Notes: generated by a model not told the origin, from the letters alone. A stretch of DNA of 64,000 bases from Azolla caroliniana (GCA_043228905.1 JBHGNT010000020.1:8680001-8744000); one strand, 5' to 3'. Positions 22,201 to 33,703 are shown, numbered from the stretch's first letter. Numbers and translations: made by a program.

Positions 22201-23455
22201 AGGATATACACGATTTCCCTACATCCTTCCTTGCACATCTCGAGCGAGCCAGAAAAGAAAAGGATCGTCGCTTAGTCAAGGCGTACGAAATGGAGGAAGA
22301 TGGCTCGTTTAAAAAATTTAGCCACAAAAAAGATATTACGAGAGATCTTTACTACAATGTGGTTTGCGGTGATGTCATCGACTTGATCCAGAAGGTGCCA
22401 AAGAAGGAATATACGCTAATGATTGCGGATATTCCTTACGGATTTCGAATGGCTGGGTCATCATACGACGATGAACCGTTTAGGTTTAAACAATTGGAGA
22501 AGATGGTCAAGGATTTCGCTGAGCTAACGACCGCATCCTTGTGGCGAATAGTTGTCTTTCATAGTATGGACCAAGGGTACTCGGTAGCTCAAGCTTTGAG
22601 ATCTCGTTGCCATGGCATCGAGAACCTTGCATGGTAAGGATTATTTATAGGTGTCTTTCATTATATTGCAATTCTTAAGGTTGTTGAATCTATTCTTAAC
22701 TCGATGAATTATTTTTTATAGGATCAAGACCAATGTAAATAGAGGGCCAACTTTTCGGTTCGTTAATGCCATTGAATACATAACGGTTGGCTACTTCGAT
22801 GAAATTAAAAAACAGAGAATCAAAGAGCATTCTAATGAAGTGGGAGGTTCAAATCTGTTGGTATATCCAGCAGTGACTCGGAAATTGCGACATGTCACCA
22901 CGACAGAACGGGGACTTGTCAACCCATACCAAAAACCTCAACGACTTATGATGCGCTTGATCGAGATGTTTTCTGTCGAAGGAGACTGGATATTAGATCT
23001 CTTTTCTGGCACAGGTATTCCTCGAACTAGGGTAACGATCTTGAGATAACCAATCACTTTTTTTCGTTTGACAACTAAATCTTCTTGTTACTTACATCAT
23101 AGGAACTACGTCAGCATGTGCATTGAAGCTGTTTAGAAATACAGTTGCATTGGAGAAGGACGAGGACCAAGTTATATTTATTAATATGCGGATTAAGGCT
23201 TTGTGGGAGTGCCCAGACCAGGATGAGGAGGTCGGTGCAAAGAACCTCGCCAATACAGAAAGTTTTCAACCTGCTTCGCGAGAGCCTATTCCTCCGTTAG
23301 CCGGCGAACCGGGGGAGCTAATAGAGCTTGATGATGAGCTTATAGAAGATATTTCGTTGGCTCGGCTAACAGGGGAAACCAATGCACGTATAGCCGAAGA
23401 CAGTTCTACACAAGATGATGAAGAAAATGACGTTGATGAATTGATTGCTATGTAA
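14102..23455 (+). CDS. Spliced ParB/Srx-like domain plus beta-class N6-adenine/N4-cytosine DNA methyltransferase fusion, 974 aa. Exons 14102-14136, 20231-21868, 21945-22083, 22167-22633, 22722-23014, 23103-23455
   Basis: All five introns are GT..AG and phases match, giving a stop-free 2925-nt CDS. ParB-like: FNLPITHI...REPHRMHVQNLKKKM...PFIVMV...YFVIGGSHSAEA...CKIYVGLTTEEAKLLAWDHN. MTase in beta order: VVCGDVIDL, MIADIPY (motif IV, 22428-22439), LAW|IK...EYI, NPYQKPQRLMMRLI, WILDLFSGT|GTT (motif I), VALEKD. Exon 1 is less certain than exons 2-6. Confidence 0.85.
14156..19550 (+). mobile_element. Copia B: young full-length Ty1/Copia in intron 1 of the ParB-MTase gene
   Basis: LTRs 14156-14798 and 18914-19550 (TG..CA; ~3 substitutions plus a GA-repeat length difference). 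TSD CTGTG at 14151-14155 and 19551-19555. PBS TGGTATCAGAGC at 14802-14813. PPT GAAGGGGGAG at 18902-18911. Confidence 0.97.
14830..18903 (+). pseudogene. Copia B gag-pol with three in-frame nonsense codons
   Basis: Single frame from ATG 14830: CFHCGKPGH, WVVDSGAS, integrase, LYVDDML, RNase H. Stops at 14926-14928 (TGA), 17719-17721 (TAG) and 18370-18372 (TGA). Confidence 0.92.
19587..19808. repeat. Array of five 25-bp palindromes GAACTCGATACG(G/C)CGTATCGAGTTC
   Basis: Copies start at 19587, 19638, 19689, 19733 and 19784 (spacing 51, 51, 44, 51); the fifth has one mismatch. Spacers reuse CCTACACTTTAA and its reverse complement. Confidence 0.95.
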
Positions 23456-23848
23456 TAGACTCTATAAAGAATATGACACTGACGATTTGTTAAGATTTCA
23501 CATTATTAATACAAATTTTGGGTTTTACCTAGTGGATTCTATTCTTTATAATCATCTATATGTTTCAATTTTATTTTTATATACTTGATTAGTAGATTTA
23601 TGATATTGGTTTCACCGCGTGCATAGCTGACTACCAAACTTATGGAGAAACATGAACTAAGTTAAATGGAGGTTGATTTTGGTCCAAGCTAACCTTAACA
23701 GAACATGGCCCTATAATTATTGCCATGACTGTCCATGTTGTTATTATGGATCTTTGTCTTATATTGTTAAAACTATTATGTTTCTATTCCATTGCTGCTT
23801 AGATTGTGTAGTGTGTTGATAATGGTTCCAGTTGCGTTATCGTTCGGA

Positions 23849-24127
23849 GTTTGATCTTGTGTGAATCACCTAAGCAATAGAGTAGATCAATTTTAAATAC
23901 AGGTATGAAAGCCTAATAGGTTTGTTATTTCCACGACATTATCCTAAAGTTCACTGCCTTACATTGTGCACAATTATATACACATATGGTTTGATCCCAT
24001 ATGAACAAACTGAGGAATAGATTAGATCAACTTTTAATATAAGTATTGAATACTTTAATAAGTTAGTTATTCCAATCACTTATCCTAATGTGCACTATCC
24101 TACATTTTCGACAATTACATACATGCA
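23849..24127. repeat. Diverged ~140-bp tandem duplication in the right subterminal region of the TIR element
   Basis: gtttgatc...aataga(g/t)tagatcaa...ttatcctaa...tacatt...acaatta occurs at ~23849 and ~23990. Confidence 0.7.
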
Positions 24128-24466
24128 CGTATGGGTCAAAGTATAAATTATATCTCATTTTATTAGTATGGATACAAGTACACCTCATATTTTTGTAAAA
24201 CCTACCTAATTAATATAAGTCTTTAAGTTAGTGTTTCCCTTGTCGCACAATAGTGCCATATTGAGCCATAGTTGAACTTTATTTAGATACATTAACTTAT
24301 CAACATGTCTAAACTTGCATGATTTCTAATGATCTCCACTCATAGATCTATCATGTATTTTTATATTTGCAAATTCTTATCAAGTTGAGGAACATGTGAT
24401 ACTAGTGCATCCAATTATTGTAGAGAGGGTGTATTTTCTTCGTTTTAAGAAGATTCTACAAGTGGA

Positions 24467-24502
24467 ATGCGCAATCCTTCCACTTGTGAACGCGAACGTG
24501 TT
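24467..24502 (-). repeat. Right TIR of the DNA transposon
   Basis: ATGCGCAATCCTTCCACTTGTGAACGCGAACGTGTT followed by TTAA. Confidence 0.95.
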
Positions 24503-24560
24503 TTAAGCCTCCTAGCTACTATTGTATATTCCCTTAACATAATATATATCTTTTGTTATC

Positions 24561-24608
<48 letters not shown>

Positions 24609-24822
24609 TTCTCTCGAGAGTTCTACACCTCCCTTAATACTAATCCTCATCTTTTAGTACTAATTCCTTCTCTGTTTTAGTACCGTTCCTAACAATACTT
24701 CTCTGTCTTAGTACTGCTCCTGACAGTTTGAACCGATTTTGTCTCTCCTTTCTTCTCTTCCTTTATCTTCTTACTTCTCCCTCCCTTCATACTAATCTCT
24801 TATTCCCCTTTTCTCTCATACT

Positions 24823-27800
24823 ATGGCCATTGTTAGCGCTCAAGAATATCAATCCGTTTTCTCAGAGCTGCAATGCTTGAAAGAGAAGTTCCTTGATTTG
24901 GAACAAGAAAATCAACAGTTTTTGGGGGATCTTCAACAAATCTCCTTAGAAAAGAAACAGACGCAACAACAACATGGGGAACTAGTGGTACGCGTGCAAC
25001 AACTCGAAGCAACCTTAGTAGCGATGCAACAACAAGGACCCAGTACGCAAGGGATTCATAAAGAACCCAAGATCGTCCTTCCCATGAAATTCGATGGAAC
25101 ATGATCGCAGTTTAGAGAATGCCTTAATCAGGTATGATTAGTCATTCAAATGCATCCTTCTCGATATCCCCCCGATGCATCACGAGTGGGACTAATAGAC
25201 ACTCTACTTAGTGGCACAACTTTGGCATGGTTCGCCCCCTATTAGAAAAAATCTCTCCCTTGTTAAATAATTTCGAAGAGTTTATTACCGAGTTTAAAGC
25301 CTGTTTTGGAGATATCGACAGTGTTAGAACAACAATCAACAAAATCCGAAGATTGCGCCAAGGTGAGTGGTCGACCTCGGCTTATGCTACGGATTTCTGT
25401 CTTCTCACCACCGATATTCGCTAGGATGACCAGGCACTAATGGAGCAATTTCGTTTTGGCCTACGTAATGATGTTAAAGATTTACTCTTAACTTTCCCCG
25501 AGGAGCCAAAGTCATTGACAGAAGCAATCAGTTGTGCGGTGCGATGTGATAATCGCCTCTTCGAAAGATGTTCAGAACGTCAGTTCCAAATGCTACAGAC
25601 AAGATCAGAGCCCACCTACACTTCAATCGTAGCAAAGACTTTCCCAAGGGAGTCATTCAATACGTCTCCAACAAATACTCCGACTCCAATGGAAATCGAC
25701 ACCACATGTCGCCGCGGACCACTATCGAAAGAAGAAAAGCAGTGATGCAAGGCAAATGGATTATGTCTTTATTGCGGTGGACCGGGGCATATTGCAATGA
25801 ACTACCCCCATCGGCTGAAAAGGCAAGTAAATCAAATAACCGCTAGTACTAATAGTACTAAACCCGAGTCTATTCCTCTAGGTGTGTCTGATAGTCCTAA
25901 TAGCCCAAACCTTTCAAACAAATTTGAAATCCTTATCAACTAGAAGAAGAGTTAAACGATTAAGTCCAACCAAAATAGGAGTCGTTTGGTTGGACAGCCC
26001 TAGATTTGTGCAACCCATTAGTGGTTCCATTTCCTCTAAGCAAGTTAGCAATGTTTTCTTAGCTCAAGTAATGGTTAGTACTAAAAGTACTCCTCCAGTA
26101 CATGTCTTAGCACTCTTAGATTCCGGAGCCAACTCTTGCTTCATGGATAGGAATTTTGCCCAAGCTCATCAGATATCCCTAAAGAAACTCCCATGTCCAG
26201 CCTCTGTAGTAGTCATTGATGGTCGTCCCATTGCTTCCAAGAATATTATAGAAGAGTCAGAACCTGTTAATATTGTCCTAGATAACTTAGCGTGTGTAGT
26301 ATCATTTAATATAATTAGTATCCCAGAACATCCCACTGTTTTGGGATTACCATGGTTCGAATTACATAACCCAGCCATAGATTGGAGAACAAGAGAAATA
26401 CGATGTCGACAAACCCAAGGATCTACTCATAATATTGCAACCATTTCGCTACATCAGTTGCATGAGGAAGGACGCAAGGAAGAAATGTTTCTCTTCACAT
26501 TATCAGTAAATCCCTCCAGTATCAATAAAGAGGAGTCCACCATTCAACTTCCAGAGAAGTATCGTCATTATGCTGATGTATTCGATAAAGTACGAGCTAA
26601 TACACTTCCTCACCATCGACCATATGATTACCCCATCGATTTACAACTGGGAAAAGAGCCACCATGGGGACCGATCTACAATTTGTCACCAACCATGCTA
26701 GAAGTCCTTCGAGCTTATATAGAGGAGAATTTGGCAAATGGTTTCATTCGACATTTGAAATCTCCAGCCGGCGCACCCATTTTCTTCGTCAAGAAAAAAG
26801 GATAAATCACTGCGTCTCGTCGTAGATTACCGTGGGTTGAATAAAGTCACCATTAGGAATAAGTATGCACTTCCTCTTATCTCAAGTCTTTTAGAACGGA
26901 TCAATGGTGCAAGGTTCTTCACAAAGATCGACTTACGAGGAGCGTATAACCTCGTACCGATCCGATCAGGAGATGAATGGAAGACTGTGTTTTGCACCAG
27001 ATATGGGCACTTCGAGTATACGGTCATGCCATTCGGCCTCACTAATGCGCCAGTAGTCTTCCAACACATGGCAAATGATATATTCCGAGATCTCTTGGAG
27101 GATTTTTTTATCATCTATTTGGATGATCTACTGGTTTATTCGAAGACCCAAGAAGAGCATGATTCTGATCTACTGTTAGTACTAAAACGACTTCGAGAAC
27201 ATGGTCTTTATGCAAAACTGGAAAAATGTAGTTTCAGGTGCAACCAGGTAGAATTTTTGGGCTATGTAATTTCCTCAAAAGGCATCTCCATGGATCCAGC
27301 TAAGGTCAAAACGGTGGTAGAGTGGCAGACTCCGCATTCGTTGCAAGATGTGCAATGCTTTTTAGGCTTTGCCAATTTTTACCGCAAGTTCATACAAGAT
27401 TACTCAAAGCTTGTTCTGCCTCTCACACAACTTACCAGGAGAGGAAAATCGTTCGTTTGGTCTGAAGAAGCGGACATTGCTTTTGAGAGTCTTAAGAAGG
27501 CATTTACATCAGCTCCTATTTTAGCTCATGTTGATCCAGAAAAATCATTCATCATTGAAGCAAACGCGTCAAATTTCGCCTTGGGTAGCATTCTATCTCA
27601 ACAAGGTGATGATGAAAAGCTACATCCTATGGCTTTCCATTCACACAAGTTCGATGCCGTGGAAATCAACTATGAAATTCATGATAAGGAGCTATTAGCA
27701 ATAGTGGACTCTTTTACACAATGGAGGCATTTTCTAGAGGGGTCTTTTCATCAAGTCATCGTATTCAATGATCACAAAAACCTTGCCTACTTTCAGAATG

Positions 27801-29480
27801 CTCGTGTGTTAAATCGACGTCAAGCTCGGTGGGCCCAATTCCTCACTCATTTCGACTTCAAAATTACATATCGTCCGGGGATGCAACAAGGGAAGGCAGA
27901 TGCATTATCACGGTGTTCGTATCTAGCACCACGTCCCAGAGAGCCGGCTTTCGATAACCAAAAGCAAGTAATCTTGGGACTGGCACGACTGCAAGCAACG
28001 CATGTCTTCGGTAGACCCTTGGATTCCCACGTTATCGATACCATACGTGAGGACTTGAAGACAAATGTTTTCGCTCAAGCCATTCTAGCACAAATTGATC
28101 CCTCTCGAGCATCTTGTTCACAGTCGCAACAACCAAGTACGGACAATCGACAATTCGAATGTCATGATGGATTACTATTCTTTAAGAAACTCTTGCATGT
28201 TCGTAATGGTACTTGTTGCCTTCAAGTAGTCCAAAACTATCATGACACATATACAATTGGGCATTTTGGTAGTACTAAAACACTAGATTTAGTACAACGA
28301 TCCTTCTGGTGGCCCCATGTGCGACAATTTGTCGAAGATTTTGTTCGGACTTATGATACATGTTGTAGAGCAAAAATGCCAAGGCATCATCCATATGGTT
28401 TAATAGAACCATTACCAATTCCAAGCAAGCCATGGCAATCCATTGCCCTAGATTTCATCACAGGTCTCCCGATCTCTAAGGGATTCGATGTGATCTTAAT
28501 AGTAGTAGATCGATATATGAAGATGGCCCATTTCTTGCCATGTACTAAGGAAATCTCCAATGAAGAAACCGCCAAAATTGTTATGCATGAAGTATGTCGG
28601 CATCATGGCCTTCCCGATAGTATCATCAACGACCGTGAACCCCAGTTCGTCTCAAAGTTCTGGAAGCACCTCTTTAAAATGCTTAAGGTCACTTGTAACC
28701 TCTCCTCCAGCTACCACCCGCAAATAGATGGCCAAGCAGAACGAACAAATCAAACGTTGGAGCAGTATCTTCGGTGCTTTTTAAGCTATCATCAAGATGA
28801 CTAGGCAGATATTGTCCACTTCGCCGAATTTGCGTATAATAACTCTCTCCACTCATTGACAAAGGTGACACCATTTTATGCTTACACGGTCTATCACCCC
28901 CGGTGGTGTGTATTTGAAACCCCAGAGTTACCCACAAATCCTTGTGCAGAGGATCGTTTAGAGCGGCTACGTAAGATACAAGCAGATTTATCTACTCATC
29001 TACAACAAGCTCAACAAACACACAAGGTTTACGCGGATTGTCATCAGTTTCCATCCAGTTTTGACATTGGAGATCGGGTGTGGCTACTACGATGACACAT
29101 CAAGACTACTTGCCCATTTGAGAAGTTGGATTACCGACGATTAGGTCCTTTCTGTATTATCGGATAAATTAATGATGTCGCTTTTCATCTCGATCTACCT
29201 CCACAACTTCAGATACATCCAGTGTTTCATAGTTCTCTCCTCGAACCCTATCAAGACAGCACCATCCCAGGTCGTATTAAACAACCTCCACCCCGATCGA
29301 GGTGAAGATGGACCTGAGTACGAGGTTGCCGCCATCCTCGATTCCAAGATTGTTCACAACAAGCTCTACTATTTAGTTAATTGGCTAGGATATAGTCCCA
29401 ATGAGCGTACTTGGGAACCAATAGAGCTTGTGCTCTTCTTGAAGACTTCCATCGTCAATATCCAAACAAACCGGGTCCTC
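24823..29480 (+). pseudogene. Gypsy gag-pol with chromodomain, disrupted by stops and frameshifts
   Basis: Gag KEPKIVLPMKFDG and PTPMEID; zinc knuckle CLYCGGPGH; protease ALLDSGA; RT IIYLDDLL; RNase H NYEIHDKELLAI; integrase; chromodomain EYEVAAILDS...YYLVNWLGY...TWEP. Confidence 0.93.
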
Positions 29481-29820
29481 AATAAAAAACGACTCGTGAC
29501 ACTCGTCGTTTTGAAAGGGGGATAGTGTCATGATATGGCAAGACTCGAACCCATGACCTTATATTACATGGGTCAAGCTCTTGACCATTAAAGTATATGT
29601 TGTAATACAAAAGATATTATTTTCATTTAGATTTTACTATAGAAAATTGATGTATATTCCAGATTTCTCTAGAACATTCTAGAAACTTCAAGTGTACTCC
29701 TGAGAACACTATAAAAGGAGGCACAAGGCATTATTTCGAACCAAATCGGTTCAACGCCAATCTTAAGCCTCCTAGCTACTATTGTATATTCCCTTAACAT
29801 AATATATATCTTTTATTATC

Positions 29821-29859
<39 letters not shown>

Positions 29860-30661
29860 TTTCTCGAGAGTTCTACACCTCCCTTAGTACTAGTCCTCAT
29901 CTTTTAGTACTAATTCCTTCTCTGTTTTAGTATCGTTCCTGACAGTACTTCTCTGTCTTAGTACTGCTCCTGACAGGCATAGAGCGAATTCGATGACAAC
30001 ATCATGCCTGACAAGCACCTCCAACTCAGAAAATGTATGGTTTGTCGATTCGGGTGCATGTAATCAAATGTCGTCTCACGAAGATTGGTTTCGAGAATTG
30101 TGAAAACCAGAACAACCTGACTATGTGGAAACTAGGGATGACACAATTCACCCCATTCAACATATCGGTAATGTCCCATTCAGCGAAGAGGGCAACATGA
30201 CCTACATTAATAATGTCTTGCATGTTCCAACAATAACAAAGAATCTGTTCTTGGTCGGCCAGATTGTGGAACAGGGCATGCAAGTTCGCTTCAATGTCAA
30301 TGGGTGCTTCATCGGAAAGGAAGGCCGAATTATCGCTTGCGGTCGAAGAGAAGGTTGAATGTTCATCCTCAATTCTAACGAGATGAAATCGGCAATGTAT
30401 GCCAAGGGCCTTAAAGCCGACACTAACGAAATGAGTCGTCATCGGACTCTCGACCTTCACTGAGAAGGAGATTATGAGTGTATGCGAAGCTTGCCAATTC
30501 GGCAAACAACATCCTCATCTGTTCCTGAAAGAGAGGAACGTGACCAAAGAGATCCTGGATGTAGTACATTCATATGTATGGGGACTAGCCCAAACGACAA
30601 CATTCGGTGGTTACCGATACTATGTGACATTTATCGACGACTTCTCCAAGCACACCTGGAT

Positions 30662-30932
30662 ACAAGTTCCGAGATTGAATATCTCTAGAATATACTCGAG
30701 AAATATCTCTAGAATATACCCGTCTAGAATATATCGTACAATATTTCTAGAATATACTAACGACTAGAATATTTTGATTTTGAAATGTATTATATGCTAG
30801 ACTATACAATACTAAACTATTACATACAAATGCATGGTCATATCAAAATGGTTGAGCATGACATTTTATTAACGTGAGGTTTGTAGGTTCAATCCTCACC
30901 AACTATATATTTCATGTCACTGTGTTGTGACA
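30662..30932 (-). mobile_element. Partial LTR of a related Gypsy family, inverted, at the point where Copia A is truncated
   Basis: The minus strand starts TGTCACAAC, then has a tRNA-like block and TCTAGA-rich repeats in the same order as the neighbouring chromovirus LTR. Confidence 0.5.
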
Positions 30933-32984
30933 AGTTCAGTTTAAGTTTCAATTATTAAAAACGGTTTGAATTTGGTATTCTCGAACCAAACCAAACCAAA
31001 ATGTTGTTGATTGATAGGTATTGCACTTAGTTATGGAATGTTACATGAAATACCATTCTCTTCGAGAACTAATTAGAAGTAAAACCAAAGAAAGACATCA
31101 AAAGATTTGTGATTGCAAAGGAAGGTATACTTTCATGCGATAATAGATATGTGATAATTCTACCTTGCCAAAGATTGAGTTCTCCACACATCTTATACCC
31201 TCCCAACATATATCTTTTTACTTTCACATTTATACATTGTTAGGAATGGAATCTATATGTGACCTTATAAAGTATAGTTGCATGCAAAATGTAGTGAGAA
31301 ATAGCCAAAAACAACAGTGCATCTAGTAACCAAGAACAACCAATGAAAACGAAGTAAACAAGTCCAAATTATGAATAAAAAATGACACAACATTATAGTC
31401 ATTTCTATTGAGCCTTAGGATTTTAATTAAATAGACCCATAAAATGGAAGTAAAAGAATCTCATGAAGGAATGATGAGGAGAAGTTAAAAAACAATCAAA
31501 TGAAATTATTGCAATTAAAGTGGTCTCCAAGTAGAGGAAAATGAAGAAATCAATGTGTTGGAGATCTTGATAATGTCCAAAGATGGCATCTGCAAATTGA
31601 ATGATATATGCAAGTGCCATTGTTTTTATCATGCCACCTATATCAAGCCATATATACATGTACATGCAAGACAAATTGCAAGGAGATTTTTAGAGTGGAT
31701 CATTAATCTAGACATAGGAGAAAAGCAACCAAAACTTGAGAGTTCTTTTCTTGGCATACCCTATTAACATTTGGTGCTAAATGGAACTTAGATGGTGAGC
31801 TAGTTTGATTTTTTTGTTTTTTGATTATTTAGATTTTGACCAAATTCAATGAATATGGATGGGGTAAACATTTTTTTTATGAGTGATGACCCAATCTTCC
31901 TTTATCTTACTCCACATCCCATATGCTTATGGGGGAGGGGCTCATCAACCATATGTATTGTTTTTAGTGAGTGAGTGAGATTGAGTAATTCATGTTTAAT
32001 TAAATCATATATGATAAGTATTGACTGTTGCATGGGCTATGTTAGCCACTCCTTTGACAATTTTATTTTGATTCCAAATATAAAGAAGACAGCAGTATTG
32101 GCTCACAACAAAATACATTCAACTTTTATGGATTCATGTGCTTTGAAGGTTTTTTAGCCTTTGGCAAGATGCAGTGGTATTTCTAGCAATGCCCTTCACA
32201 ATCCTTTATGTCAATTCCTTATTTTCAAATGACATTTTGAAAATGAATAGATATCAACAACCACTCTTGAGGAGCTAACAACTTATAGCATGGATAGCCC
32301 TTGTCTATGGATAACCTAGTAGATGTGTAAGTATGAGAACTAGAGTACTCAACCTAGATGAAGTGTTGGAACACAAACCTTAGATGCTCTCACATGTCTC
32401 CAAAGAAGCACCTCTCATAATATATTTATGTATATCAAACGTCGTTATTGCTTATTTTCCTTTTTTGTTATTATGTATTTTCTGAAGTGCCATCAATATA
32501 TTAACTATGAATGTTCAAAACCTAATCCACCTTGAGTAGGAGACCCGATTAGCCACTTGGGCAACTAGCATGCATTGAGTAGCAGATTTACTTTGATCAA
32601 TGTTTCACTATTTAGGATCAAATTTATCTAACTCTTTCAATGACACTCCCGACACTAAAACTTTGAACACATCCTTGGTAGTAATATATGCATGGCACTT
32701 GTTCCTCGATGATAGCTTGACCTCAATAATGCGTTTGCTAGACAACCCCAACTTTAATACATCGCTAGCATTATGGAACGATGGAATGGTAAGACGTATC
32801 AATGATTCAAACTGAAATCTAGCTCCATCCATCTTGGGTAGATGTGGACAATGAGGAATAAGAAAGACGAATGAGAAGATGATGAACAAACCGTACTCGG
32901 GCATCAAGGAAGTGTTTGGAAACCAGAGGAAGCAAATCTCATGTGTTTTGTAATGGCCTCTAAATCAATCATCAATCATAATGT

Positions 32985-33102
32985 ACATACATATGTACAT
33001 GCGCACGTGCGCACACACACACACACATCCGGATTCCGTACATGCATTACAGGCATGGATGCATACATATTGATATATATATATATACATTCATACATGC
33101 AT

Positions 33103-33152
<50 letters not shown>

Positions 33153-33200
33153 TACATCACACACACACACACATACATCATACATGTATTACATACATTA
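32985..33200. repeat. Compound (CA)n/(TA)n/(CATA)n microsatellite
   Basis: Directly visible. Confidence 0.9.
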
Positions 33201-33670
33201 CATATTTTCATCTTCATTTGGGTTTTTCTGCATTTCCATGCCGTTTTGGTGGGCAATTTGTAAAACTGAATGGTCTCCCTGACCTTCTGCTCTACGCTCT
33301 CATTCTGTGTGGTTAGAATCTTGACGATGAGAGGGGGGAGAGTCTTTCTTTCCTCTCATCATTATTCATATCCTATTGAGTCACGCACCCCACCCCCCTT
33401 CAGAGATTCTCTCCGCCTCCGTCTCCGCCTCCGCCTCCTTCTCCATCCCTACCTCTGATTTCTCCTCCTTTGAGCTTTCTCCATTCCCTCCTCCTATAAT
33501 TTCCTCTGCACAAGAAAGAAAGAAAGCGACATAAAAAAGAGAGAGGCAACGTCGCCGATCTCTCCCTCGCCCGCCCTTGCGAAGGGACTTTCCTCTGTCA
33601 GATCTGCAGTCGGGCTCCACAAAGATCTCCTTTTAAATTCGGTTTATTCTCATTGATATAGGCTTCAGCC

Positions 33671-33703
<33 letters not shown>

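Larger units (their letters stand above)
10141..24502. mobile_element. TIR DNA transposon (~8.96 kb excluding nested Copia B) carrying a Sola-like transposase and a ParB-DNA methyltransferase gene
   Basis: 36-bp TIRs AACACGTTCGCGTTCACAAGTGGAAGGAT(A/T)GCGCAT at 10141-10176 and 24467-24502 (one mismatch). TTAA on both sides (10137-10140, 24503-24506). The intact 3' Gypsy LTR shows the empty site ATC-TTAA-GCC at ~29760. Confidence 0.93.
9901..29975 (+). mobile_element. Ty3/Gypsy chromovirus (Tcn1/Tf1-like), full length but disabled; 5' LTR split by the TIR element
   Basis: 5' LTR = 9901-10140 + 24507-24725; 3' LTR = 29526-29975 (TGTCA...TGACA). TSD AGCAT/GGCAT (one mismatch). PPT GAAAGGGGGATAG lies just before 29526. 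Domain order gag-PR-RT-RH-IN-chromodomain. Confidence 0.95.
8543..30660 (+). mobile_element. Copia A: old, degenerate, 3'-truncated Ty1/Copia. Own sequence is ~8543-9900 and 29976-30660, split by the Gypsy insertion
   Basis: LTR ends ...TTTACA at 8810, followed by Met-type PBS TGGTATTAGAGC (8811-8822). Gag LPTEKLDRNNFAYWEYKM and zinc knuckle CGYCGKFGH. The frame runs across the Gypsy insertion (GMFMMQH|RANSM...VWFVDSGA), then CEACQFGKQ and YYVTFIDDFS. The 5' LTR start is uncertain. Confidence 0.8.

Noticed and set aside
20103-23455. Bacterial contamination as the source of the ParB-MTase
   Set aside because: The gene has GT-AG introns with matching phases and is nested among plant LTR elements with clean junctions.
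10141-24502. piggyBac or Kolobok assignment based on TTAA
   Set aside because: Ends are not piggyBac CCY, and the transposase shows no piggyBac or THAP/Harbinger-like motifs that I can see.
32941-33316. His/Thr- and Cys/Val-rich ORFs (also 53534-53886)
   Set aside because: Translations of CA/CATA microsatellites.
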